Shown: positions 33,481 through 46,259, numbered from the stretch's first letter. The stretch is DNA of 64,000 nt from Uloborus diversus (GCF_026930045.1 NC_072740.1:29364384-29428383); one strand, 5' to 3'. The notes: generated by a model not told the origin, from the sequence alone. Made by a program: numbers and translations.

Positions 33481-36185
33481 ATTTCTTAGTTTATATAATT
33501 TCTCCAGTCTGCTAAAGTATACGAAGCAAAAAAATATTGTTTTTCTATATCTGCCGTTTTTGTACCTATTACTATTTCAAAGATCAACAAAAATATCTCT
33601 TCCAATTTTAATTTGCTTAAACTAAACCATGACTGCCACCTGATTGTTGTTTCTTTGCCACAAGTTTTCCCCCCAATTACCAATTTACAAACAAACACAT
33701 ACCCATACGAACAGTTTTTTTCTGTTTTAATTTTCATTATGGAGTAACATTGAGAACATATCATTTAATTTTTAATCAACCCAATTTCCCTCAAAAAATC
33801 TAAAAATACATCCTGATTTTCAATTAAATTGTAAACAAAAGATCTGTTTAGCACTCTGGTACGTCCAAACAATTAATTTGTAAATAAAAGATCTGTTTAG
33901 CACTCCGGTATGTCCAAAGGTTGGACAACCGGATGAAAAAGTAAAAGATGTTTCATTCATAAATTGAAATTGAAATTTTTCAACAACACTGCAAACAGAA
34001 CTCATTTCAAATTATTAAACTGAACTAAATTAACAGAAAGTAGCAACAATTAGAAGAATACTCTAAAATAAAGTTTGAATTGAAACTTTATTTTAGAGCA
34101 TCCAACTTAAAATTACTTCAAACTAAAATCTCCCTAAGAGCGGAACATATGCGCACCTATCTCCACCATGGCCATGTGCGAAAAGAATTACTTCAAGTCT
34201 CTGCTTCCCAGATCTATGCTCCAGGGTTACTAGAGTTACCGAAAAAATTATTATTCCCAACGTTGGCAATTTTCGTAACGAGCTAAAAATTCAAATCTAG
34301 CCAGGGGGGGGGGGGATATATCACATCTATACCGTCGCATGTTTACCTACGTAAGTGATGTAGATCTAAAAACCAGTAAATAGTGTGCTTTGAAAAATCT
34401 ATATAGGTTATTTTTCCCATTCGGGGATGAGGAGATAAAAGGATAGCAATAGATATTGGAGCAATTAAAAAGAAATAAAAAAATCTGGAATGCTAATGAT
34501 CTTTTCCGAGAAATCCTTTTCATATCAACACTAATTTGAGTAAAAGGTTATAAATTATTTCAAGGCATCTTTGATCATTTTACAGCATAATATCTAATTG
34601 TATTTTTTTATAACTGCACTAGAACTGAAACAATTTTAAAAAATAAAAGCAAGACACAAAATGTGTCTTCCTTTTTTGACATTGTATTACGGCAGGGATA
34701 ATGTGCTACATAGAAAAGAAATCTTACCTCTCTTTCTCTTCTGTTCTGGTATTTGATCAAATTCCCCAGTTCAAACATTCTTCAATCAAAGCTATCAATC
34801 ATCACAGAGACCAGATATATTTATCTAAAAGAGTAATTGAGCAATGAAATGAATAATGCAATGTGGTCCATAAAATAGGTAGCAAAGTTTTTTAAATATA
34901 GATTTCATAGCTCATGAGAAAACTAATTGAACATTTTAAACCACTGAAACATGTTTTCATTGTTGAGATAGATAATAGTTTTAAATTAAAAACAATCAGC
35001 ACAAAACCCATGACAAATTTTGAACAAAAATATTATTCAACATTTTAATATTAGAAATTGGTATTTTCTTGCTTCATAAATAACACCAGAGCTCAATTAG
35101 GGGGATTTGCCAGTAGTTGACTGCCAGGCAGTAATTGACCACTCCAGCACAAAAATTTACAAAACAAAAATAAATAAGTAGATATTTTTAATCAGATTGC
35201 TATAACAAATTTCTAGCGTCCCATGAAATGCTCGGGTATAATTTATAGTTGTAACTCAAGTTTTAATTGGCGGTTATGACTGCACATTTACAGCAGATGA
35301 CAGCTAGGAAACTTCAAGGAAGTCACTATTCTTAGTAGTGAGAACTGTCATGAGATGAAAATGTTTAAATGCATTTCTCGAGGTTAAATTTATTCTACAG
35401 ATTCATTTACTGCGATATGCTGCTCACTCATATGTGTTCCATGTAAATAAAAAAAAATTGCAACTAACTACTTATGCTAGGATTAAAGGGTGGTCAATTA
35501 CTGGTTGTCTAAAATGCGATCAATGTCAATAATTGACCAGAAAGATAAATTAATGAATTTATGTGATTTTAAAGTTTTTTACCCCCCAAAACCAAAGTGA
35601 TTAAACATTCTTGTGCTTAAGATAAAATATAACAGATGTTTTATCCAGAAAAAAAAAAATTTTACCAGTAAATGTGGCCTGGCGTGTGAAATAGTGTAGA
35701 TTCGAGAGGGTAAGATTATGGGAAAAAGGCTTGGCACTAAAACTAACATGTTTTCCACCTGCATTACTACTGTTAAATATTACACATATAAAATATTATT
35801 GACAGGGTGATTAAAAAAAAGGGTACTTTTCCTACGCATAAAGTCCTAGCAGCAATTCACCACTAAGACTGAGCCAATCAAACTAATGTTTTATGTATGA
35901 TATTTGAACATGAATACTCATTACTGCAATGATTTTAAACAGTGCAATGCTCATGGTTATGGTCACAGTAATAAAATTTAGAAATGCAGCACCAAATCTT
36001 TTGGGCAGATTGATCAGCATATTGAAAAACCTTGAATATCTTTGAAACGAGTGAGCGAGACCAAAATTGCAGGCTTAAAGCATTTGCAAAGATAAGAATT
36101 TTTAGTCCTAGTGACAATATAAAAGAGGATTTTTGTCTTACTTTTCGTAACTCGCAGGGTTGGAAAGTAGCAGAAGTACTTTCCA

Positions 36186-36480
36186 ACGTGGTGGCCTGAT
36201 CGGTAAGGCATCAGACTTTTGACCAGAGGGACCCAGGTTCGATCTTAGCCGGTCGAAGATCTGTCTTCATTAATGGTGACTGGTGGACGTTAAATATGCT
36301 CATGGTCACAAAATCCTCCAAGTGAAACGATACTTCTGGAGGTACTGGGCCAGGGATTGCACGGTTTCTGGACTGGATCAAAAAATCTGAGCTGTCTTTA
36401 GGATTCCATCTAACTGGCTAAACCACAAACAGTGGTAGGTAAGGGGGACCCTGGAGTGAAAAGTAACAGAAGTAGGACCA
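36186..36480 (+). mobile_element. tRNA-Lys(UUU)-derived SINE-like element (not a functional tRNA)
   Basis: 36186-36260 reads GTGGCCTGATCGGTAAGGCATCAGACTTTTGACCAGAGGGACCCAGGTTCGATC. This closely resembles the AGAGCATCAGACTTTTAATCTGAGGGTCCAGGGTTCAAGTC region of tRNA-Lys-TTT. A and B boxes are recognisable, but the acceptor and anticodon stems are disrupted. ~200 bp of unrelated tail follows. Confidence 0.5.
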
Positions 36481-36859
36481 ATCACTAAACACCAAGCAAA
36501 AATCATTGCTTGAGGGAAAAACTTTTAAAATACAGAGTAAAATGAGTGTTTCTTCAGTTGGTGCTTGAATTTGCCAACAAGTAAATTTCATTACACGGCG
36601 ATCGTTTGTGGTTTTTCAATACGCTGATCAGCTTGCACAAGTTAAAAGTTAAAGTTGTCTTTAGAAATTTCTTATTTTTGTTCACTGTAACCTTAACCCT
36701 TATCACTGTGTTGTTTAAAATCATCATAATCTGGAGCATATACCTTCAAGTAACCATACCTAAAATTTTAGTTCAATTATTTCAGTGGATAGGCCGCTAC
36801 GTATACATATAAAGGAAAAGTTACTAACTACCTTGTACAACATAGGTACAAGGTCTTCA

Positions 36860-37170
36860 AAATTACAATTTCAAAAGTGCAATTGTTAGTAGAAGAGACG
36901 GGGCTCTAGACTCCCCACAGAAATTTTTCAAACTTGAAGTTTAATCTACAGTTGTAGACCATATTTGATGACCTTAAGGGAAAGATTAGAGATTGAAGTT
37001 TCTCCCTCAGAAATTTTTCAAAATTGAAGTTTCAAAAATGCAGTTTCAGATAAACTTAGATGCTGTTCGGAACAGGTGGGTTCGGGAGCTCTCCCTCAAA
37101 AATTTGTCCTGAAGCCAAAATTTTAGATGATCTTGGAAGATCTTTTTTTTCAGGGGGGGGGGCTGCTGCC
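36860..37170 (+). repeat. Family A satellite, short array in the same orientation
   Basis: Units ctccccacagaaatttttcaaacttgaagtttaatc, ctccctcagaaatttttcaaaattgaagtttcaaaaatgcagtttcag and ctctccctcaaaaatttgtcctgaagccaaaattttag. Confidence 0.55.
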
Positions 37171-37569
37171 TTATAGCCCCTTTCCTGGATCCATTACTGA
37201 TTGGCATCAATATCATATCTCTGACTTTGAATATCATTTACACTCAATCCTAATGAGTCAAGTTATTATTTAACAGGGTTGTAAGAGTTTTGACCACTGG
37301 TGGTTTTAACCATAGATAAAACCGGTTAAAACCGGCTTGGATAAAATCAGTTTTGTCCAGTTTTGGCCATTGGATGTGGATATAGAAAATAATGAAGTTA
37401 AAAATCAAAATAAACGAGTACATAATTAAAAGAAATATGAAAATCAATCCTATAATCAGTAACTAATCATTATTTAAGTAAACAGTTAATTTAAACCACG
37501 CAAATAATAAATGGTGCCATGTCCCAAAAGGTTAGTTACATCATAGGAGAAATCTGTGACATATTTTTT

Positions 37570-38440
37570 TTAATGTTTCGAATAGTGTAAATAGCACAAT
37601 ATATACTTGTTTCATACAAATAAAGTATTAAAATAGAGTTAAAAACTCAGCAAACAGCTGTTTCGGGACTGTCAAATGCAAGCCTCTTCATCAGTGCATA
37701 AAAGAAGAACAAAAAACCCACACAATGTAGACCAAACGACAAATGAATGAAAAATGGAATAAAGCAAAGTAAATGGACATGGAAGCGGAAACATTGTGTC
37801 ACAGAACAGCAACGACACCTATAGTGCAGAAAAACGTCACAAACAGAAAAAAGTTTTTAAAGATAAGATTTCTAAACACCAGGGAAGGGGGGGTACTCGA
37901 CAAATCATTAACTACTGAAGCAAAATTTTTCCAAATGTACTAGGATTCCCAAAAATCTAAATCATAAATGGAAGAACACAGACACCATGAATAACCTTGG
38001 CAGAAGAAAAATTGAAAATATGATTCAAAGACCAACAGTGTTGTGCAATAGAGGAATGTTTTAAATCTTATTTCTTGACATAATTTTCATGTTCTTTAAT
38101 GCGGAATTTAAGAGAGCGTCGGGTCTGTCCTATGTATGTCATTTGACACTGACAAGAAATACTATAAATGCCCCATCTGTCAAGTTAACCTCAAGTTTAA
38201 GGTTTTTTTCGCACTATAGGTGTCGTTGCTATTCTTTGAGGCAATGTTTCTGGTTTCCATGTCCATTTACATTGCTTGATTCTATTTTTCTTTCATTTGT
38301 TGTTTGGTCTGCATTGTGCGGGCTTTTCGTTTCTTTTTTATGCACTGATGAAGAGGTTTGCATTTGACAGCCCCAAAACAGCTGTTTGCCGAGTTTTTAA
38401 CTCTATTTTAATACTTTATTTGTACTTTATACACGTTGTG
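37570..38440. mobile_element. Long inverted repeat (foldback) with ~215-250-bp near-identical arms and a ~370-bp spacer
   Basis: Arm 37615-37830 (gttaaaaactcagcaaacagctgtttcgggactgtcaaatgcaagcctcttcatcagtgcataaaag...cctatagtgc) is the reverse complement of 38195-38400 (gcactataggtg...cttttttatgcactgatgaagaggtttgcatttgacagccccaaaacagctgtttgccgagtttttaac). Confidence 0.75.
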
Positions 38441-38804
38441 TCATTTTACGCATTCCATAGTACAAAGTTTTCGACTGCTTTTTACTACTTGTTTCATAGT
38501 TTTATGTGCACAAAATGAATTTCAAATTTAATAAAAGTATGTAACTTATTTTTTAATACATTGAATACATGTTGTAAGTTTTGCGAAGACTAGCTATTAG
38601 TTTATATTGCAGGCTGCTAAGTATTCCAAATAAACAAGTGTTTTTTGTCTTTATTATGAACAATTTAAATTAATGTTAATATAAGAAAAGTCGCATTTAA
38701 ATCATTGAATCAGTTTTTAAAATTACCATTATGATAAAAAACACATCCTATTTCTCTTAATTATGCCTTAAAATATGCAACATTATGCATACAAACTGTA
38801 TGCA

Positions 38805-39540
38805 TATGTCCCAAAAAAAAACGAAAGTTTATATTTCAAGTCACACACCCTGTAATATTTTTCCTTTTAGGTCAAAACAATTGTAATAAAAAGTTTCATG
38901 TAATTTGAACAAGGGCAACCTCCGACTTTTTGCGCCTGAAAGTGTAAACCAGCCATGTTTACTACGCTGAAAAAAAAATTAAGATTTCCTTTAAAAAATG
39001 GATTTTTCCGATTTATCTTTTTAAAAATTACACATACATTTCAATAAAATATCACGCTCAAAAATCATATGCAAACACATTTTCAAAAAAGTAATAAAAA
39101 ATAATATATTTAAAATGAAAAATTTAACTTAAGCTAGAAAAAAATCCATATTTTGAGTACTAGGTAGGAGATTTAAATATTAAAACAGAGCAAAAATTTT
39201 ATTTAGTGCTAATTACCAAGTTTACTGTTGATATTTTTCTTCTTGAAATATATCTCACATTTTTATAAAAATGTATAGAAAAAATAGATATTTTTAAGAC
39301 AATTACAAATTTTAGGCTTTCTGTTGGCCACCTAAATATTTTTTAATTCGGATAAATATTTTTGTGGTACATGTAGGTACATGTACACAACGTTTTATCA
39401 ACATGAAACTTCAAACTTCCGAAGAAAAAAAAAACTTTCAAATTATATGAAACTTTTTTTACAATTGTTTTGATCTAAAACCAAAAATATAAGAAGATGT
39501 GCAACTTGAAATATCGACTTTCGTTTTTTTTTTTTTAGGG
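38805..39540. mobile_element. Foldback element, copy 1 of a family also present at 42425-43360
   Basis: Ends aaaaaaaaacgaaagtttatatttcaagt and acttgaaatatcgactttcgttttttttt are inverted. The interior (ccgactttttgcgcctgaaagtgtaaaccagcc...) is shared with 42530-43330. Confidence 0.6.
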
Positions 39541-41499
39541 AACACCCTAGTATACACATATTAGTGTATTCTTTTGCAACTCAGTTTTGGCTAGCTCTAT
39601 GGTGGTTAAATCCAGTTTTAGCCTGTATGTAAAAGTGGCATAGCCAAAATCAATTTTGTCTGGCCAAAAACTACAACCCTGTCATTTAAGCACATTATAT
39701 GAATTTTGTCCGGTTCTACTCTACACCGTTAATACATTTTTATAAATTCTTCATTTATACTGGATTAATGTATGAGGTAGTGTCCCATCTGACACATATC
39801 TAATTGTATGAGACATTTGTTCATGGTACCTTTGCTGCTTTTATATTTTCTACTATATTTGCATAAAATGCTATAACTGCATTTGCCATTCTACTGATGA
39901 GTTCATTTTGATTGTTTTTATTAAGGTATTGACACAGATTAAAAAAATTAATTAATTAAATGGGAATAAAAGAGAAGCTTGCCCATCTTATGAGGCGCTG
40001 CAAGGGGCCCTTATGTTATTAGTCACATTAATAATTCACGATAAACATTAATAAATTTTGCATTGGGGTCCCATTATTTCTTTTTTTAGACCACAGGGTA
40101 CAGGATGTAGCCAGTAAGATCAAGGATTTAAGATTTTTAAACCGTCATTTGTTTAAATTTTTTCTAAATGTTTATTTTGCATTTAAGTAGTTTTTTATAC
40201 ACATTTAATAACTTTAATTACGATGGAAAAAGCTTCAGAAACCTCCTCTCTCCCCGGAATTGGACAAAAGTAGCACCACACTCCCTAAACATCAGTTAAT
40301 ATTACTTTTTGACTTTTGATTTTTATGCAACTTTTTTGTATTTTTCTCAAGAAGAAAAATGATTTTTCGTCATCGGGCCCCTTGACATCGCAGGGCCCTA
40401 TTGGGCTAAATCAGTCCAATCGACCTAAGACCGGCTCTGAATACAGCAGCATAAATTGGGCCTTTTTTTAAGGTACTGACTGCCTCCTGCAAGGTATCAT
40501 ACTTACCAGAATTTCTAACTATTAGAGATGTTATTTTGTCATTGTTTTTATAAAGAAACTCAGTTGAAAAAGAATCATAAAATGCAGGAGTAAAATACAA
40601 ACTTCGGGCAATTTTTCCAGTTGACATTGATGTATTTATTGCACTAAAATATGAATTTCGAGAAACCATCCGGGAATAATTCAGCACCCAGAGAAACAAC
40701 AAGAAATGCATTTATGATGATGTTTGATGTGAAGAACTTCTATCTTTTTGTTGAGGGCTGTGAATAAAGTGTTGCTCACAAACATTTGATTAATTGTTGC
40801 AACTGTAACATTTACAAAGAAGCTAATTCATACTCTACATCTAAAGTACAAATTTTTTAGTCAGTACTTGGCTGACTAACTTACTAAAAGCTTCAGAAAA
40901 AATTTAAAACAAATTTTACTTAAATGACAGAAATTTGAAACATTATTTATGTTTATTTCTGGTATTTATTTCTGGTCTTAGATGAAGAAAACAATAGTAG
41001 GTGCACTTAGATGAGCAACAGAAGAGCACATGAAAAAATTCACACAATCTCAAAATATTTATTCAATGCGTATCATTCCCTAAGTTGCTTTCCTACAAGC
41101 TGAAATTAACCGAGTTTTTCCCCATCAATTTGCTGAATTCTTGAAATTAAAAACTCATGCATCCCAAAATATTAAGATAAAAAGGAATGCAAATCATAGC
41201 TTAATCAATTTCTCTAGACCACATAAAGTGCCTTTATAGAAAGTCACTATATGTGATCCATTCTCTTTACCTGAACTGTCAATGGAAAATTAATAAAATA
41301 TATAGCTTGTCCGAGGGTGAAAATTTCAGTTTATCTGGAAAAATATCTATGCCACGAAAAAAAAAAACATTTTTCCTACTTCAAAAGTAAGAAATACATA
41401 AATAAGTGTTAGAGTATCATATTTTAACATAAACAAACATAATCCACATTGAAGTCATTATTTAACCGTCTGAACGGTACACGACATTCAATGCAGGGA

Positions 41500-41780
41500 A
41501 AAATCAATTGTTTCTACGAATTTCATTGGTTCTTATGCACAGTGAGAGTTACTATCGTTACGATTCAGTTTCTGTCGTCGCGTTAACTTTGGAGTGGGTA
41601 CAGCTTTATTGGGAACTGAAAGTAACCAACACGCCACCTAGCGAGAGAGCAACAAATAAACCCTTGACGTCAAAGGACGTGACGTCACGGGTTCCCTTGA
41701 ACTTACGGTTCAGCGCGAATCTATTGCTAGTGATTGATGTTTGCAGCGTTCAGGCAATTTTGTTTTCTTTCAGTTCTAAG
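41500..41780. promoter_or_regulatory. CpG-rich promoter-like island with two tandem CRE palindromes (TGACGTCA at 41665-41672 and 41680-41687) and an inverted CCAAT (cattgg near 41524-41529)
   Basis: Reads cccttgacgtcaaaggacgtgacgtcacggg. GC and CpG content is well above the surrounding AT-rich DNA and the region appears to be single copy. Confidence 0.35.
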
Positions 41781-42203
41781 TAGAATCATATCTTTTGCTT
41801 ATTTTAGTGGTGCCCACCTAGGAGGGGTCATGGCGCAGACTGCGCCACTGAAGTTTTTAGGAGGGTTGTTTTGAGGAGTATTTTTCTCTCTTTAGTGGGG
41901 GTCCACGATTTTTAGGGGGGTGGGCACCCCTGCGTATTTTAATGCATGAAATGAGTATAATAGGCTTCGCTATTCTCAAAAATAGTCTATCAACGGATTT
42001 GATCTTCCCGATCCTTTAGATACAGAAATAAGAAAACGAGTCTTCGTTTGTCGATCATTACCCGCGACCTCAATGATCAGCATTTATGAATACCTCGTGA
42101 ACAGAAATAAAGTAGACACAAAGTCTTCTTTAAAGAATCACACAGCTCTACTGTGCTACAGGTACGTTGTGACTGATAAGACTAAAAATCTGGGAATATA
42201 TTA

Positions 42204-44237
42204 TGCTGAACCAGTGGTTGGAAAAACTACATTTTTTTGGTAGCGAACTACAACTACAGCTACTTTCTTACAAATGTAGTTAACTACAACTACAACTACT
42301 TTTTTAAAAAAGTAGCAACTACAAACTACTTTTGAAATGTAGTCGCTACTTCGCTACTTTTCAAAAAATAAATAAATAAACAAAAATAAAAAATAAAAAT
42401 GAAATAAAATAAAATAAGTGGGTTTAGTGTGTCCCACAAAAAATGAGTCGATTTTTCAAGTCATACCCTCTTATATTTTTCCAGTTATGTCAAAACAATT
42501 TGAAAAAATGTTTCATATAATTTGTTGAATAACGGCAAACCGTGCCGACTTTCGTCTGAAAGTGTAAACCAGCACTTGTATGCTAGCTCCCACCTCCCCT
42601 CCAAAAAAAAAACTTTTTAAGAATTCGAAATTCCTGTTGATAAAACGTTGCCCCTAAACCCTACTTCCCACATGTACCACAAAAAATATTTATTTAAATT
42701 AAAAACCATTTGGATACCCCACACTTGGCCTAAAAATTATAATTTTCTTTAAATAATTGATTTTTTTTCCTATTCATCTTTTAAAAATTTAAACATGAAT
42801 TTAAATAAAAAATCAAGTTCAAAAATTATTAGCGAGCTCATTTTCAGATTAACATTTTCAAATGAGTAACAAAAAAATAATACATTTAAAATGAAAAATT
42901 CAACTTAACCCTGAAAAAATCCATATCTTTGAGTACTATGTGGAAGACTTCAATATTGCAGGAGAGCAAAAATTTCTGTTTAACGCTAATTACCTACTTT
43001 ACTGTTGATATTTTTCAGCTTGGTAATTTCGTAAAATTTACCAAAAATTTTAAAAAATATGTATCGAAAAAAAAAACAATTTTTTGAAGAAAGTTATAAT
43101 TTTAGGCCAAGTGTAGGGGATACCTTAATGTTTTCTAATTTGAATAAATGTTTTTGTGGTGCATGCGGGGTATAGGGAGGCAACGTTTTATCAACAGAAA
43201 TTTCGAGTTTCTAAATTTTTTTTTTTTTTTTTTAATTTGGCACTGGTGCAGTTGTTCAAATTATATGAAACTTTTTTACAATTGGTTTGATGTAAGCGGG
43301 AAACTATAAAAGGGTGTGCGACCTGAAAAATCAATTTTCGCTTTTTGGCAGACACACTAATGCAAACACACACGGTAAGAGGATTGAATGAAAAAAGGTT
43401 TAGATTGACAAATTAGCTCATTTCAACATGGAACATTACTAAGAATTATCTATTATTTATTCCCCCCCCCCCCAAATGTCCGTTATTCTTCTCTTATATA
43501 ACACTGTAATTCTCGTATTCATTGTAAGCCGGCAAGGGCAATTCAATATCATCCTCATCTATAACATTTACAGTAGCTTGAAAATTTAAGCTTCACGAAA
43601 TATATGTATTATATATTTTTTTTCTTTTCAACTTTAGGTTTGTTCATATAAAATTAACGAAATTTTCAATTCGCAAAATCATCGATATCTTCATTTTCGC
43701 GAAAATAAATGTTTTTACAGTGTTGGATCTCTTTGAAGTTTAAAACGTTCATCCACGGGACATTCCCGACAGTCAGAAAAAAACAAAGGAGTTACTAAAT
43801 TGACGGTTATCGCTAATTCATATATACTTTTCTTTTTAAGTCAAGCTCTATATTCAATACAAATTTTGGCGAACTATGAAAATTACAATTGCAAACGAAC
43901 TAATGGCGTCAAACAGATAGAACGTATGGCGTCAAAATGATATGCCAGAGGTCACCTCGTATTTTTATAAGCCTTATTTCTCATTGCATCCGTTGATGTA
44001 CTCGCGTAAGATTTGCACGAGTCAAATTCGTTTGAACCGAATTGTTTCTTTAAAAAAAAAATCTTTATTAAAAAGTAGTTTTCCGAAATCGCTACTAACT
44101 ACTATTTTTTGTATCGAACTACTCACTACACTACTCTTTTTTAAAAGTAGTGCGCTACACTACAAACTACTGAAAAATGTAGCTACTACAGTAGCGTCGC
44201 TACTTGTAGCGCGCTACTTCCAACCACTGTGCTGAAC
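42204..44237. mobile_element. Foldback-type element with ~170-bp (CTAC)n/(GTAG)n-rich inverted arms enclosing family copy 2
   Basis: Left arm 42204-42370 (tgctgaaccagtggttggaaaaactac...tagcgaactacaactacagctac...) against right arm 44075-44237 (...gtagctactacagtagcgtcgctac...ttccaaccactgtgctgaaca). The inner foldback at 42425-43360 is homologous to 38805-39540 and carries its own IR (42640-42760 vs 43090-43210). Confidence 0.6.
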
Positions 44238-44989
44238 AGTTGGCCGTTTCTGTTCAAGGTAGTCAACCCTGGAATAAAATCCACTGGTCTTAAATTGTTA
44301 TAAAAAACGATGGTGAAGTCGTAATTCCTATTCTTGTCAAGCTATTTTGTCAAAGAAGATGGAAGATTTTCTGCTGTTTCTTCTGCCCTGTGTTCACGCA
44401 GAATGGCTATGGCAGGAAGCTTTGGTGTCATAGCCATACTAAATCAATTCTCCTGTTGTAGCATTTCAGTTCACAGACACTTATTGGTTCATAGTTGCTA
44501 CCTAATTTTCAGGTTTGGTATTTTATTACATTTTTGTTCATCACTTGATCAACTTCCTTCTGTTGTAAGATTGATATATCATAGACATAAAAAAATTTGA
44601 AAGATAACAACATTTAAATTTCCGAAAGCTTTCTCCTGCGTTAATATTACTTTGAATGTGATACCAATACTTGTACTATGATACTATACTATAACTTTCA
44701 TTAATGTGTTTGCTGTTAACCAATTGTCGAATATATACATTTGTTAACAAATCGAGCGCCTAATATCAAAGTACCGTCAACAACTTGATAATTCGAAGTC
44801 CCAAGAGACCTGCTAAAACGTTCGAGTTATTGGTAGTTCAAGCTATGAGAAGTTTCCACAACTGTCTCAAGAGTTTGAGACCCAATTAAAACTTTGAGAT
44901 AAAGGAATATTTCGAGTTATAAGCTTCGAGTTTTCGAGATCTAACTGTACTCGGCTGAAACGAACATTTAGTTTGTCCGTCAAGTAGGC

Positions 44990-45650
44990 CGTGTACCTAT
45001 TTGAACCGAATATTTGGTGCATCCCGGCACCCAATGTTCCAACGCCCAATATTCCCGGCGCCCAATGTTCCCGGCGCCCAATATGCCCAACGTTCAATGT
45101 TCCCGGCACCCTATATGCTAGGCGCCCAAGTGACGGTGCCTAATCTGCGGCGCCCAATCCTCTCTCAAAACATGAAGGGGTGGGCGACTATTCAACATGA
45201 TGCCTGCCCAGACCGTCAAACCAGCACCGCCATAATGGTCAATTTCGCGGATATTGGAGGGCAGATAGCGGGTTCCTGCTTCTATCCACATGAACGCAGG
45301 ACAAGAATAGTCGGTTAAGCTGCCCCCGGGACCCGATACGTGCCCTCCAATATCCACAAAATTTACCATTATGGAGGAGGAGGTTTGACGGTCTGGGCAG
45401 GCATCATGTTCGATGGCTGCACACCCCTCCACGTCTTTGAGAGAGGCTCTGTGACAGTTGCGAGGTACAGGGATGTGGTCTTGGAGCCCTATGCTCACCT
45501 CTTGAGGGGCGCTGAGTTAATTTTTAGCCCTGAGTTAATTTTAATGGATTTTAATACAAGGCCACATATAGAGCTCTTGCAGTCGACGAATTTCCTGAAG
45601 GAGAGAATATTCACTGGATGGATTAGCCAAGCAGATCTCTAGACTCCAAT
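44990..45650. pseudogene. Tc1-like (DD34E-type) transposase remnant arranged as two head-to-head partial copies
   Basis: Plus copy 45340-45642: PSNIHKIYHYGGGGLTVWAGIMFDGCTPLHVF...ILMDFNTRPHIE...WISQADL, i.e. the GGGSVMVWG...DNARPH...SPDL block. Minus copy ~45266 down to 45118: PSNIREIDHYGGAGLTVWAGIMLNSRPPLHVL. A ~70-bp perfect palindrome (45198-45266 vs 45339-45405) encodes HDACPDRQTS..IMVNF.DIGG on both strands. Confidence 0.6.
45030..45140 (+). repeat. 16-bp minisatellite (CGCCCAATGTTCCCGG)n, ~6-7 units
   Basis: Reads cgcccaatattcccgg cgcccaatgttcccgg cgcccaatatgcccaa cgttcaatgttcccgg caccctatatgctagg cgcccaagtgacggtg. Confidence 0.7.
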
Positions 45651-46259
45651 CCTATAGAACATGTGTGAGACTCTCTTGGGAGTGCAATAGCAACTTGCAA
45701 CACCCCTCCGGGGACCCTCCATAGCTTGATGACTTTTTAATTGTTCTTGACTCCTTGAAAATAATTAAATTTAGCTTTGAAATTTAATGAAAAGTGCTTC
45801 AATTTCATTTCTTATCAAGTGTATAAAATATTAATTGTCCGAATTGGCAAGATGCCACTTTATAAATACATGTTTTCTAAATGTGTATACCAAGCCCGGA
45901 TTACCCAATAGGCCAACCTAGGCCCTGGCCTAGGGGCGTAAGCCAAAAAGGGCGCATATCCAGGAGGAGAAGAAAATGAACAGCTCATTAGAAAAATAAA
46001 AGGAAAATGGCATGCTAGTATTTGGACAGTAAAAATACAGCTAGAACTGATTGGGACCTTACCACTGAGCAGAAAAAAGCAATTAGAGGAGAAGGGGCGT
46101 AATGCTTGAGTCTAGGTACTGTTTCTGGTCAAAACAGATAATTTTCTAGGGGCGCCGACTCCGAGGGCGCTGCGATGCTCCAGCAACCCCCCCCCCCCCA
46201 ATATTTGCGGGGGTGCCGGGCAACCCCACTATCAGCAGAAAACTGATGAAAACCTTTTT

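Larger units (their letters stand above)
37268..39699. mobile_element. Composite foldback-type element bounded by inverted ends; contains two internal foldbacks
   Basis: 37268-37400 (tttaacagggttgtaagagttttgacc...ctatggtt...) is inverted relative to 39590-39699 (...ctatggtggtt...ggccaaaaactacaaccctgtcatttaa). Confidence 0.35.

Noticed and set aside
36186-36260. Functional tRNA-Lys gene
   Set aside because: The acceptor and anticodon stems do not pair (AATCTGA is replaced by GACCAGA and there is no matching 3' acceptor strand). It is therefore a tRNA-derived SINE head or pseudo-tRNA.
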